Shown here one piece after another: positions 26,334 through 38,704 of a stretch of DNA of 64,000 nucleotides. Position 1 is the stretch's first letter; each line of letters starts with the position of its first letter. The stretch is from Curvularia clavata (taxonomy: Eukaryota), in contig CP089277.1 in assembly GCA_023920165.1 (NCBI GenBank), positions 1,116,001 through 1,180,000 of the forward strand. The letters run 5' to 3'. Both the position numbers and the translations under genes were made by a program. The notes under the pieces are model-generated. The model was not told the origin of the DNA and searched no databases. It saw only the letters and a list, made by a program, of their open reading frames with translations.

Positions 26334-26726
26334 CTAATGGCATCCAGCCCACTGACACCCATCCCTCTGCTCAATGTAGCATCCTGTGCTGCAAAACCCC
26401 ATAGAATACCAGCGCCCCTGGATGTCCATGTGGAAAACAGTATTCCATTCCTGTCCGCTGCAGGTATCGGTACGGCCGCACGTCTTTTGTGCGATGCCGC
26501 TTTGGGTATCCTCTACAAGGTGTGTCAGTGGGGAGGTTTTGTGAGTGTGTATGGGAGGCAGGAAGGAGTGAATAGGTGGGGAGAAGAGGGAAGAAGGAGG
26601 AGACTAACGTCCGCTGTTGACAATGGCGTAGCCGCAAGTAGAGGGATAGCAGAGGCCGGGGTGGCCCTGGGCGAAGACGGATGGGAGGGTGGAGATGAGG
26701 AGGGCGGTTACGGTGGTGAGCTTCAT
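26334..26726 (-). CDS. Small secreted cysteine-rich protein (effector candidate), 98 aa, 8 Cys
   Basis: Exons 26726..26609 and 26512..26334, intron 26513..26608 (GTTAGT..CTGAC..TAG). Translation: MKLTTVTALLISTLPSVFA-QGHPGLCYPSTCGYAIVNSGQDTQSGIAQKTCGRTDTCSGQEWNTVFHMDIQGRWYSMGFCSTGCYIEQRDGCQWAGCH*. Confidence 0.85.
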
Positions 26727-28967
26727 GGTTGCTGCTGGAGGAGTGGTGGTCTGAAGGGTAGGAGCTGGAGTTTATGGCTGCGACTCGACTTGGATGCCTT
26801 ACTTAAAGAATTTTCTCTATTGATTTTATATACGGTGAATTTGTTTGTAGAAATGCCGATGTGGTACATTGCAACTGAGCCAAAGAAGGGCAGACCGCCT
26901 GGCGTTGTGCTCTACAATATGCTGCGCCTGCTGCCAAGATGGAGCTCATGATCCATTTACGGAAATACTATAGTCATCGTAAGATTACAGTGGGGCGGTG
27001 TTAATATAGGATCGGCAAAACTTCTTGGTGTAGCGGTAACGCTGTGAGAGCTGAGCTTCAGGTAATAAGTCTAAGCTTCAGATACGAAGTTTAAGTGTCA
27101 GGTTCTGGGCCTTGGCCTCAGCTCGCGACCCACATCATGAGATGCGGTTATTTCCTGTTTTAGGCTTACCGTCTTTTAAGTATACTTGATAGGTAACGGA
27201 CTTTGAACCAAGATAGAAGGCTGCTTAATTTTATAGTAGCAAAATCCGGGCTGTGTGAATGGTAGATCCCTATGAGGCTCGACAGCTGGCAATGTCATGA
27301 CTCTATTAAAAAGTCTGTTTAGGCTGGGTTCGTGTCTAATGTATACAACTGCTACAGTTTCTATGTATCAAGCTGTAGCAAGCCGGTAGTAGATAGTTCT
27401 AAACCATAGAGTCTTCTTAGTTAGAAGGGTTTACTAACCTTTGTATCCGAGCGCGGACATGCTCGGAAACGCATTAGGACAGAAGTGAACAGTTGCCTGG
27501 GATATTTAAATTTATCATAGTCGTCAACAATTGATGATATTTGAGTGTTGGTTTGCAAGCTAGTTTACACAAGCTGACGTCATTCACTACGAGAATATCA
27601 TCGGCGAGTACCAGATGCTTCGAACACTCTCTTTCCCCACAATCACTTAGGTAACATTGGGCATAAACAGAGTCTTCCATTTGTTCTAGAACTGAGCAAT
27701 TCTGGTATCATTCAAAGTCAGTATAGCCTTCACAGGTACCAGCGCCCTGGACAGCCCGTGACAGTTCCTGACAAGTAATTGGCTTGAATTTTATCGTCTA
27801 TGTAACCAATCACTCATTGACCTAACATGATTCCTCATCTGTCTGCAGGTGAACTTGGACGTGGACCTAGGTGGGCTCGACCGTGTGTTGAGCCAAAGAG
27901 ATGGTATACTAGCAACACTGAATGAAGACTTGCCGAACACTAAGATTGCCAAACTCCAGTCCCGCTCGGACAATACCAGACTACTGGAAACAAAATTTCC
28001 GTAACCCCACAAGAGTCCTTCTAGAATACGATATTTTAGCCAAGCAGAGATCATGGATCACTCCCCTGTTTAGCTTCTACTGTTCATACAAGGCCCAATT
28101 TATAGTTCCGTCCAGTTTTGTCTTGTCACAACGTCACATCTCTCGTATTTTATAGCCAAATAATAGCGTACAGCTCGATACTGCATTCTAATCTAGTTTG
28201 GTAGTTGGTACATAGTTGCTAGGATTAGGAAGTATTGGTTGTATCAGTAAATGGCTCCAGTGACGTGCTTTGGCTCATAAATTTCATAGTGTTTACAGTG
28301 GCTTCACTGCCTTAGTAGAACTAACTCCTCCAACACAGCAGATCTCTACGACGTACTTCTAAATAGCCACACTCAGGCACAATTTTTTCACAGTCCCATC
28401 ATGCCTCCTTGCTCAGTACACTTCATCCGCTATGCCGAAGGTTACCACAACCAAAAGCACAGTGATCAGATCCCGATGCGTGTTAGCAGAGGCTACATGA
28501 TGACTTACGCCAGTGGTTCAGAGCATATGCCGTTATGTTGATGACGCCCTGCTGCCATGGCAAGCTTATCAGTCCATAGTGCGGCGGTTGATTGCACATC
28601 AATCACCAACATTAAACCATACAGGAGTTGCATGCATTTTCACGGCTGACGAGGTCGTTGTTTTGTTAAATACGAGAATACCATTAATCCACTACACTTA
28701 CACGACATAGGAAAGAAGTAGGGAAGGATCAAATTCTCACGGGCAATAAGAAAACCGTTGCAGACATACAGACTGTTCGCACAGTGTATAGTCTGTTACA
28801 GTGCAGGGCGCATGCCAGCGCCTTTTGCTTAGAGAGTGTGTTATAATACCACCTTTACGCCCCCGAACCGAGTCCCAGAACCCAAACACAGAAAGCACCA
28901 GCCTAAAGCATTTTGCGAGCTATCGTACCTGTTCGCACGTTTGGCCCGTTATCTCCCTGAGATCTGC

Positions 28968-31950
28968 TTATGGCATCTCCTCATCGCTAGCATCGAGGAT
29001 GTCGTACTCCTCATCAGTCATGAAACCATCATCAGACTGGAGGGCGACACTCTCGGCATCCTCGAAGAACTCATCATCTGAAGCCACAGTGACAGTACGA
29101 GCCACAGTGCTCTTTTCGGAAACAGGAGACATGGGCTGAGCGGTAGTGGACGACTGGTAGGCACTTGACTCAGGCGACTCCTTCTCAAGCTGAGGGAAGA
29201 TCATGCCGGAGGATGAGGGCTCAGCTGCGGGCTCGGAAGGCTTCTCTTGACTAGGGAGCTCGGCGGCTGACTCTTCAGGGGCAACCTCGGGTTGAGGTGA
29301 GGGGACAGGCTCCTGCTTGATGGAGGCAAGAGCCTCCTCATGCTCCTTGCGACGGATCTCGAGCAGGCGCTCGACAGCAGCCTTGCGAACCCGCTGGACC
29401 TGTTCCATCTTTTGCTGGTGGCTCTGCTCTAGTTGTTGCAAGTGAGTTGGGCGCATGTTCACCATCCTCTCCCTTTCAGCCCTTGCTCTAATAAGGCGCT
29501 CGTACACTGGGTTTGACCTAGGAGCAACTTCGTAGGTTGTTGCGGAACCAGCTCTAAACGCAGGGACATGAGCAGCTGGCTGCTCCATGAAAGCTGGTGT
29601 ATCAGATGGGGTAGCAACGACAGCAATGTCACACCACAGGCGGTGTCCAAAGGGCATACCCGAAGGAGTCTTCAGGCGCCAGTAGGAGATTGCAGTTCCC
29701 TCGCGTAGAGGTGCCTTCATGACCACACTAAACTTGGCTTCCTCACCAGGCTGGACTGGGCTGCACATGACGTTGGTCTCACTGGCCTCGATAAGGTCTG
29801 TGTGGCTCAAGGGACGGTTGTTGTCAATGTTGAGCATATTGTCTCCACCAACACGTCGTACCCTGCACCCGGCAGGCCAAGCAGTGGGTCCCGGGTTACG
29901 GAGAGTCCAGGTCTGGACGAAGGTGGTGCCGGCAGGTATTTTTGAACCATCGACGATGGTATCACAGATGAAGTGAGCGTCAAGTCCCTCTGCAGCGGGT
30001 TCGGATCTGCGGATTGGGATAGCTTCCGACTTGACTGGCTTCTCCTCAGCAGGTACAACAACCTTCTCCTGAACTGGCTCAATGGAGTCTACAAGGAGAT
30101 CGCTGATGGTGATCTTCTCCTTCTTGGCCTGGGACTCCTCAGAGGGCTTCATGTCAACAATAGTCTGCACCTGGGTCGCAGCGTTGGTAGAAGGAGCGGT
30201 GGCGGTGGTCTCTGTGGCGGTAGAGCGCCTTGCAGCCAAGCGATCGCCAAGGCGGGCAAGCAACCTGCCCTCCTTGTCATCGTTCACAGTGGTCACGCTG
30301 ACACTGCGCACGGGTGTCTTGAACTTGATGAGAGGATGAGTGTGGTTGTGCTTATTGCTAGGATGCGCCTCGCAGTTCTGGCAGAAGTCCGTGTCGTGGC
30401 AGACAGCACACTTATAGCGGATGCCTTCAATGTAAGACAGGTTCTCCTTGTCTTTGCAAAGAGGTCCGTCACAGTAAATACCATAGTGGCGGTTGGTGCT
30501 GTTCATTGGCTCGGCCAGAGGCTCGTAGATGGGAACAAAGCGATGGCGGGGATGGATGAACTTGGCGTTCTTGACACACTCGCTGCAGTAATCCCAGTCA
30601 GGGCAGTTCAAACACTTGTGGCGGACACCGTAGATGAACTTGTCACAGCCATCGCAGACAGCCGAGTGGCGGACATTCCTGCCGGAGTTGCAGAGGAAAT
30701 CAGCCAGTGAAGGAAGAACGGTTTCAGATGTGGCAGGCTTGAAAGCATGGCCGGGATGGTGACCATGCTTGTTGTTGATGTGACACTGCAGGCAGAGGTC
30801 ATAGTCGTCGCAAGCGACGCAGGTAACAAACTCGTGCTCTGGCAGAACCTTGACGCAGCAGTTGCAGGTGCGAGTGGGCTCCTCGGCGTAGATGATGGAC
30901 TGCTTTTCGTCGGTGAATGCACCTGGTACTTCCTGCTCTTGGGGTTCCTCAGCCTCGACCTTGGTCTTTGGTGCGATGCGCTGGGTAGTGCTGTTTACAA
31001 CGTTGCCGTTCTTGACAAAACGCTTGACCATCCAGTGGCCGGTTCCAGGGCAATGGACGCCATTATCAACACACTTCGGGCACAGGTCATAGTCACCCCC
31101 ATCGCACACGCTGCAGTGGAAATGCTCATCTTCCATAGGCTCGTTGCAGTTGTTGCAGTACACGACCCACGTGGGGCACAAGCAGGCCGGCTTGGGGCGG
31201 AAGGCAAGACCTGAGGTGCTGCTGGTAGCCGTCAGTTGGCTAAAGAAGTCTAAGTTTCATGTTAGCTATATGCTGTATGATCAGTCGCGTGCTCAATGCC
31301 TACTGTTACGAGCAGTGAAAGCCTGGGGCACAGGCGCCTCTTCCTCTTTGTCAGCAACCTTTGGTGGCGAGACAGGCTGCTCAGCCTTGGAGTCGGGGGA
31401 GCGAGCGATGACGATGGAGGCAGCATCGTTGCCCTGGGGGGCAGGGTCATTCGAGCTCATTTCGGGGGCTTGGGGAACCTCGGTAGGTATCGAATGAGGT
31501 ACTGCAGGCGCAGGTGAAGGTGGAGGGACGGGCTCCTCGCCAGGAATAGAGACCCTCAGACGCAGTTTGAGCTTCGCCTTTGCAGCGCGGAAGAGCGTCT
31601 TGTAGACCTGGGGCTTCTCTGCGTCCAAAGTCACGTACGATGCAGCAGAGTCGGAGTAGCGCTCAAACAGAACATCCTGCTCTGGCGGCAAGGAGAGGAT
31701 GGCCCGAAGCTGTGAGGTAGTACAAGGTCAGCAATGGCATTCTCCGGTATAATGGACCATGTTCCCTAGCATGTTGCTATCCGCGTGTACCGGATACGGA
31801 ATCAGATGGGGATATACATACCTTTCCGGGAAGGACATGAGCTCCAAGGTCCTTGAGAGGCAGCTTGAACTTCTTGGTCTGGCCGCGAAACAGGACCTTG
31901 ACGACGATGGGCGTGTCCAGCGTCACGGGGACGTTGTTCGTCGCCGCCAT
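28968..31950 (-). CDS. NBR1: NBR1-like selective autophagy receptor (PB1-like N-terminus, 4 ZZ zinc fingers, FW domain, C-terminal AIM/LIR)
   Basis: Four CxxC...CxxC.DYDLC-type ZZ repeats, FW domain (FVQTWTLRNPG..WP...SYWRL...FGHRLWCDI) and acidic C-terminal EEYDIL. Two introns near 31712..31820 and 31226..31307. Confidence 0.88.
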
Positions 31951-33120
31951 GATGGGCGAACAAGGCTGGCGGTGAGGTCGAAGGCGCGAGTAGCAGACAG
32001 AACGGGCGCGATCTGCTGTACAGGGCGGAATGAAAACAGAGAGAATGCAGCAACCGGTGGAGAGAGTTGCTGTCGAGGGGGGTTGATGGAGTCGTGAAGG
32101 CGGAGGCGGAGGTGGAGCAAGTGAGACGGCTGAGCAGCTGGACGTGTAATGGTAGCTGCCTTGAGTGGGGTCAGTGCTGAGCCCTGGGGCGCGCTAAGTG
32201 GGCACGACCCGTACACCGGACTGCCAAAGCTCGCCGTGAGAGATACACGCCGACGCACTGCGGGCGGGGACACGGCGACTTTTATTTATTTATTTCCTTT
32301 TGGCTTTCTCTGTGCGCGACACATCTGTTACGGGTCGCTATTTGTGTGATGTCCGTCAGCTTTTATAGCGTACATGTCTCGGACGCCGTGACTCGCGTCG
32401 AGCTGGCAGCATGCTGTACCGTACCTGGAGCATGCGTATCCATGAAGTGGCCGCCGACGACCCAAGGCTACAACATTACTTCGCCAGCCGGTGAAGACCA
32501 GTGAGACAGGTTCGCCAGAGTATCGGGGCTGCCTTCAATCCGGCTTATTGCTCCCTCGCCCATTGACCAAGGGCGTCGCGGCTCGCCAGGATGACGCCAT
32601 GGTTTGGCACGTGATAGGCTCTCTGTGTACCAGGTGATCATCCAAGATAACGTTTCACCAATGCGGTCGAGGCCGCGAAATGCGGCCATCCAAGGCTTCG
32701 CCTCACTTCGCCCGCGAGAAACTCGGTAACTACTGGTGAAATGGCCAGCACGACTGTGCTTACGCCGCCCGAGCTGCCTAGGAGCAGGTACAACGAAGAC
32801 TGCGTCGCCACGTCGCCACGTCGCGCAAAAACAAGCGCCTCGATGTGATTTGCGCCGCTCTGAAACTGTGGAGCAAGTGTCAGAGCCACTCACAACCGCA
32901 GAGGTTTATCGCGAAGGGATTGCACCTGAATGCGTAGGTTGCATACAATGCTCTGAATACGGTACAATCGCTATCGATAAAGACTCGATGTCGGGGTTCA
33001 TCCCAAGCAGAGCATGACTAAGCCCCGGCCTCCTAGCGCTGGCTTGCTGCAAGCGAAAATGCTGGACCCAGAAAAAAGTTCGAAGCCAATGCAGCCACAG
33101 CAAACATCAACCACACCACA

Positions 33121-34428
33121 ATGTCCAAAGATATCACCATGACCTCCCCCGAGGAGGCTGTCGCCGTTTCCAAGAAGGAGCGTCGCGAGAAGAAGGAGAA
33201 AAAAGAAAAGAAGGAGAAGAAACGTTCCAAGGCCGAGCCCGAGACTGAGGTTGCAGATGCCGACGCTAGCGAAGCAGCAGAGACACCCGCGAAGAAGCGC
33301 AAACGAGACATCCTGCCAGAGGAGCTTGAGATTGATGTCAACCTCCCAGAGCCGCCGTCTAAGAAAGAAGCCCGCAAAGCGAAGAAGGCCAAGCTGAATC
33401 CTACATCCACCGCCGATGGAGATGGAGCAGACACCAGCGCAAAGGCAGGCGGCGAAGCAAAGGGAAACAAGGATACAGACGGAAAGCGATCGGATTATGG
33501 TGTATGGATTGGCAATCTGCCATGGTCCGCGACCAAGGATTCATTGCGAAAGTTCCTGGCCGACAATTCTGAAATTGCGAGCGACCAGATAACCCGCGTC
33601 CACATGCCCCCACCTACCAAAGTCAACCCAAGCTGGACAACCAAGCCTCTCAACAAGGGTTTCGCATATGTGGACTTCTCTACCGAACTGGCGATGTATT
33701 CGGCCATCGCCCTGACGGAGACCAAGATGGACGGACGCGCACTGCTCATCAAGAACGCGAAGAGCTTCGAGGGAAGGCCAGACAAGCCCAAGACAGAGGA
33801 AGGCCAGGATAGCCGACGTGGAGGCAACGCGGATAAATCAGGACACCCGCCGAACAAGCGCGTCTTCATCGGTAACCTCTCGTTTGATGTCACCAAGGAA
33901 GATCTCCAAGAGCACTACTCTCAGTGCGGAGACATCGAAGACATCCACGTCGCTACGTTCGAGGACTCTGGAAAGTGCAAGGGCTACGCCTGGATTACTT
34001 TTGCCGACGTCGAAGCCGCCACATGGGCCGTCAAGGGCTTCATCTTCAAAGATCCCTCCGAGTTCAAGAAGAAGAGCAAGAACGACGAGGACGAGAGCGA
34101 TGAGGAAGGCGCTAAGCCAGAGAAAAAGAGGAAGTGGTTCATCAACAAGTTCATGGGCCGAGAGCTACGCTGCGAATTCGCAGAAGACGCAACAACAAGG
34201 TACAACAAGCGGTGGGGCAAAGACCGGCCCGTCAAGGCCGTCGACGGCGTCAACCCGGACCGCTGGAAGAATTTCGATCAGGGCGGTGAGGGCAGATCTG
34301 GTCGTCCTGGCGGTTCCAAGCGCAAAGTCGATCCCAGAACGATTAAGAGTGGTGCCGCGCATACTAGTGCGCCCAGGGCGAGCCAGGCTATTGTGGCGTC
34401 TCAGGGAAAGAAGACGACTTTTGATTAG
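33121..34428 (+). CDS. NOP13: Nucleolar two-RRM protein (Nop13/Rnp24-like)
   Basis: Lys-rich N-terminus. RRM1 VWIGNL...NKGFAYVDF and RRM2 VFIGNLSFD...FEDSGKCKGYAWITF. C-terminal GKKTTFD. Confidence 0.8.
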   Translation: MSKDITMTSPEEAVAVSKKERREKKEKKEKKEKKRSKAEPETEVADADASEAAETPAKKRKRDILPEELEIDVNLPEPPSKKEARKAKKAKLNPTSTADGDGADTSAKAGGEAKGNKDTDGKRSDYGVWIGNLPWSATKDSLRKFLADNSEIASDQITRVHMPPPTKVNPSWTTKPLNKGFAYVDFSTELAMYSAIALTETKMDGRALLIKNAKSFEGRPDKPKTEEGQDSRRGGNADKSGHPPNKRVFIGNLSFDVTKEDLQEHYSQCGDIEDIHVATFEDSGKCKGYAWITFADVEAATWAVKGFIFKDPSEFKKKSKNDEDESDEEGAKPEKKRKWFINKFMGRELRCEFAEDATTRYNKRWGKDRPVKAVDGVNPDRWKNFDQGGEGRSGRPGGSKRKVDPRTIKSGAAHTSAPRASQAIVASQGKKTTFD

Positions 34429-34870
34429 TTTGAAGAGCAGGTTTTGTTAGTTAGGATACCCTGTTATAGAAATGGGCTGAGGGGAGAAAAATACATGATT
34501 ACGTGAACACAGTTGTGGCGGAAATGGCCATGCTGAAGATGGTTAATTTGGCCTCCGAAGTTGCAGTTGAGCGTGAATGATTACATTCTGCCAGTACGAG
34601 ACCTATTGCTGTCTAACTGGCAGTGATATGACACATCACAACAAGTGTCCAAAATAGCACGGTTGTGACAGCTCAGTTGGTTCAACAACCCTAGGCCGCT
34701 ATGCCGTTTCCCCCTACTCAAGGCAGGCAGCACACCAAACATGTCATAACTCATAATTTTCGAACCAAAAGAATAAGAAGGCTTATACACAATCCAACTG
34801 CATTGGATTCTGGAACTCATGTCCTGCTCCCTCACAGTCTCCTCGCACAACACAATCGCCATCATCCCCA

Positions 34871-36386
34871 CTACGCCGTTGCATGCGCCGCCATCCACTG
34901 CGCAAACGCCGTCGCATTCCGCGTCTGCATAAAGACCGTCCCGGGGCCCGTAAACTTGCACACAAGACCCTCACCAGACGCCATATTACTCACGATGCCG
35001 CCGCTCGCCACGCGCTCGAGGACATACTTGCAGTTCCATGCTACGAGGTGGCCGTTATCGATGATGTATTTCTCGTTGGCAGCAAGCTAGTACACGAGCA
35101 TATGTTAGCAAAATCCTGGAAAGATTGTAACGGGGACTGGAGTTTCCTTGGGGGGAGGGGGGAGAGGGAAAAAAAGGGGAGGTGAGAAACTAACATCTTT
35201 CCTGATAATAGCTCCGAAACTGGTAACCCACAGGACTCCCGTACCGCTAATCTTGTACACAAAGAAGCCTTCGCCGCTGAAGATGGCTTTGCCGATGCCC
35301 TGGCTCTTGTACTCGGTCACTATGCCCTGTGTGCAGGCGAGGAAGGCGTCACGGCCTACGCTCCATGTCTCGTTGCCGCTGAGCTTGATGATGGTGATGT
35401 CGCCGATAGAGGGGGGTGCGAGGAGGAGTTCGCCGGGGCCCGTGTATTGGGATTTGGTCATGTCACCGCCGATGAGGGCTTTTTTGAGCGAGAACTTGAC
35501 GTTGCCTTTGAGGGTCATGGTGGGAGACATGGCGATCATGGCGCCTGGTGGTGGTTAGTAAACGTTTTTCTACTATATGCCCAGGTTTTCCCTTTGGAGT
35601 GCGACTAGAATAGAATAACGGAAACAGTAAAAGTATGTAAATGTAAACTTACCCGGCTTCGCAGTAAACGGACAGCCCATTGCCAATTGTACAGTCAGAA
35701 TCGAGTTTGTATCCCTGTGGCTCACACGATAACTTCCTCCATTGAAGGTTCCAACATCGTCTGCGGCCGTGTTTCCAGGGGCCGGATTCGCCAATGCTCC
35801 TGCATACTGTGGTTGCTGTGGTATACTCTGTTGGCTCATCTGTGGCTGTCCCATACCCGGATGTTGTCCCTGCTTCTCAGGTGGGTATGGACTTGCGCTT
35901 GGGCTTCCGCCAGGGAATCCACCAAAGCCTGGGCTCATGGGCTGTTGGTGGTATTGCTGTGGCTGCGGTTGCGGCGGTGGTGATTGCGCTTGGCCGGGTG
36001 GTGGGAAATGCTGCTGTTCTGGCGGCGGCGCATATTGCTGTTTCTCAGGCGGTGGTGCATAGTGATGCTGCGCATTTGCGCCTGCGCCTGGCGGAGGAGG
36101 ATAGTGTTGCTGCTGGTGCGCGGGAGGAGATGTGGGCGGCGGTGGGTAGGATTGGCCTCCGGGAGGGGGCGCGAAGTATTGTTGTTGTGGTGGTTGTTGG
36201 TCTATTGTATGTCAGAAGAATGTCCACAACAGGAGCAGCATACGCTCAGGTCTGAGCAAGTATAGGCAAGGATGGAATACCGGGAGGCGCTGCTTCACGT
36301 CAGATCATAACCTATAATGTCTACCATATCAACTTACGAGGGTAATAGTTCCCACCAGGCGGCGGGGTTGGTTGGTGTCCTGACAT
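34871..36386 (-). CDS. AIM24: AIM24-family protein with Pro/Gln-rich N-terminal extension
   Basis: [54 protein letters not shown] and [14 protein letters not shown] at 36386, with a 9-nt micro-exon at 36281..36289. Confidence 0.85.
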
Positions 36387-37190
36387 AGTCACTGCGATAC
36401 AAGCTTCAGCGCAAAGGGCAATGGACGACGGCGATCACAGGCGCAAAACAGAATTGAAAGAGAGAGAAGGAAAAGAGGAAGGGGACAGACAGAGAGATTC
36501 GGATTAGTATTACGGAGCCATCAGCAACCACAAGCAGTATAGACAGGCGTTTTAACCGCGCGCCCCATTCGTGCCTCCTTGGTCAAGCTGCTCAGCCTCC
36601 GTTGCGCAGCTGCTGGCTAGTGGGGTTGTCTTGGAGCGGCCGAATAAGCGCCCCGCACCTGTTGGCATTAGGTAGCACGCGCCTTGGTGATGCCACGGGT
36701 AAGCAGCACCACTGCATATGACGGTTCATGCACTGCTGTATATAGCAGCTCATGCACAAGTTGCCATTTTGGCTGGGGACACGCAGCACAAAACCCTGCT
36801 CTGCATATGTGATCGACCAGACACAAGATGGAAGCGCCCGTTGTGGCTTGGGTGCCTGGGCTGCTTCTAATTGGCTGGCGCTTCTGATATTGCATCTCCT
36901 TTGGACAAGCCTCATGCCTACATACTTTAGACCATTCAGGGGACAGCTTTGCACTAGCATCGAATAACATTCGCTTCGTATTCATCCTTTTGAGCCTGCT
37001 TTGACTCCTTTTATACGGCATGTAACAATTCATAGAATGAATGGTACACACAGCACCTGTCATGACTATCCCCATACCACTGCGTGACCCTCATTAAAGC
37101 AGCCGTTCAAGCGCCCGCTTACCGAAAGCCCAGCCAGCCCAAGCCATGCAATAACATTTGAACATCGTAAACCGCACAACATGAATACAC

Positions 37191-38519
37191 CTAGGCCACC
37201 ATTCTCCGCCTCTTTCCAATCTGTGCAGAGAAACCAGTCTTGATGGCCTGTACAGAACGCCTCGAACCGCAGCTGTTGCAAGTGACGAAGTTGAGACGGT
37301 TCTCACCCTTGGACAGGTCTGTGTCGGGCGAGCGGCAAGTCTTGCAGGTGACATACTCGACAATATACCGCCTCAGCACGTTCTCCAACTGTTTTTGCTG
37401 GAAACGACCCTTGATGACCAGGCGCTTCTGGTCAGCGAACGAACCGCTCGTACCCAATTCAGCAAACAAAAATTGTGCAACGTGCTCGTCCGAACGCTTC
37501 ATACGCTTGCAAATCTCGGCAAGGTTGGCGAAAACAGTCTTCTTGTTGCCTTCGCGCATGCACTGTGGCGGCGGGATCTTGTAGCTCTTTGTGCCTGAGC
37601 TGGCGAGATCGGGATGTTGGGCGTGGAGGAGTGTGAAGAAGCGGTTTAGGAGGAGGTTATAGCTGATGGGAGTTGTCTGATCGTGTTGCCAGATACCAGT
37701 ACCCTTCATCATATCGCCCTCTTGCACTTCTTGTTCGGCGGCGGCGGCAGCCTCGTCTTCGCCCTCAGCCTTCTCTCCACCGGCGGCGGCGAGCTTGGCC
37801 TCGAAATCGTCCTCGACCTTCTTTTTGCTAGACTTCTTCTTCTTCTTGAGCGCAGCGAAGTCGCCCTCTGCAGCATCGTCTTCCTCACCCTCCTTCTTCT
37901 TGCTCGACTTCTTCTTCTTCTGTTCCTGTGTCAGCACCCCACTATATGACCAAGGATTGCGTATATCCGTACCTTCTTGGCCAGGTCAGCGAACATGTCG
38001 GTGACCTCGTCAACCTCCTTGTCTTCCGCCGCTGTCCTACCGGTCAGTTTATGTTTTGTTGCCTGCACACAAGCAGTCTCACCGCCACCAGAGGAGTGAC
38101 CCTCGGCAGATTCTTTGCCGCCGTTCACTTCCATAGATTCGGTGACGTCGCCGTTGCTGTCGACGATCGTGGCGCCTTCAGAAAATTGAACTGACTTACG
38201 TGGCTTACGTTCAGCAATATCAGCCTGTGTCAAAAGTCATGTTAGTACAGGCTTCTGGGTAAGAGGTTCTTGGAGCTGCTGTGTATGTGCGGAAGTGAAG
38301 CATCGCCTGCCGTGATAGACAGAAAAAAAAAGATAGAAGCCAGATGCAAGCCGACGGGAGGCGATCATGGTGACAGGGTCAAAGAACCGTCACTCATGAT
38401 GCCCTCAGACTTGCAGAAATGCAAGAGCATCCGCGGTCTTGCATCGGGCTCTTCTTCCAATGCCCACTTCCCCATTTCGACAGCCAGCGTGGGGTCAAAT
38501 GACGTACAGTATCAGCCAT
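37191..38519 (-). CDS. SUI3: Translation initiation factor eIF2 beta
   Basis: Poly-Lys boxes, [28 protein letters not shown] and CKTC...CNSC zinc finger. Exon 1 is ATGGCTGATACT (38508..38519), followed by intron 38225..38507 and two further short introns. Confidence 0.95.
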
Positions 38520-38696
38520 GATTGCGGTTGTGTTGAGTGTGTCCGGTCGGTTGTGCAGTCGTTGTTCTTTTAGGTGGAGTCGAAGTATTCGCTGTTCGTG
38601 GATGGTGGCGTTGAGCAAACAAGAGCAACAGCGGCCTTGAAGTTCGCCGCAACACACATGTGTGAGTCGAACGCTACGAGCGAGCCAAGATTTGCG

Positions 38697-38704
38697 TCAC
38701 GTGA
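38697..38704. promoter_or_regulatory. E-box TCACGTGA in the eIF2beta/MIM2 bidirectional promoter
   Basis: Palindrome centred in the 378-bp divergent gap, with several GTCAC half-sites nearby. Confidence 0.35.

Noticed and set aside
26337..26951. 204-aa + strand ORF
   Set aside because: It is the antisense shadow of the spliced secreted-protein gene and has no recognisable motifs.
29973..30710. 245-aa + strand ORF and similar long antisense or alternate-frame ORFs over NBR1, Nop13, Hos4 and PP2A-A
   Set aside because: These are an expected by-product of codon bias in GC-rich coding regions, with no independent evidence.
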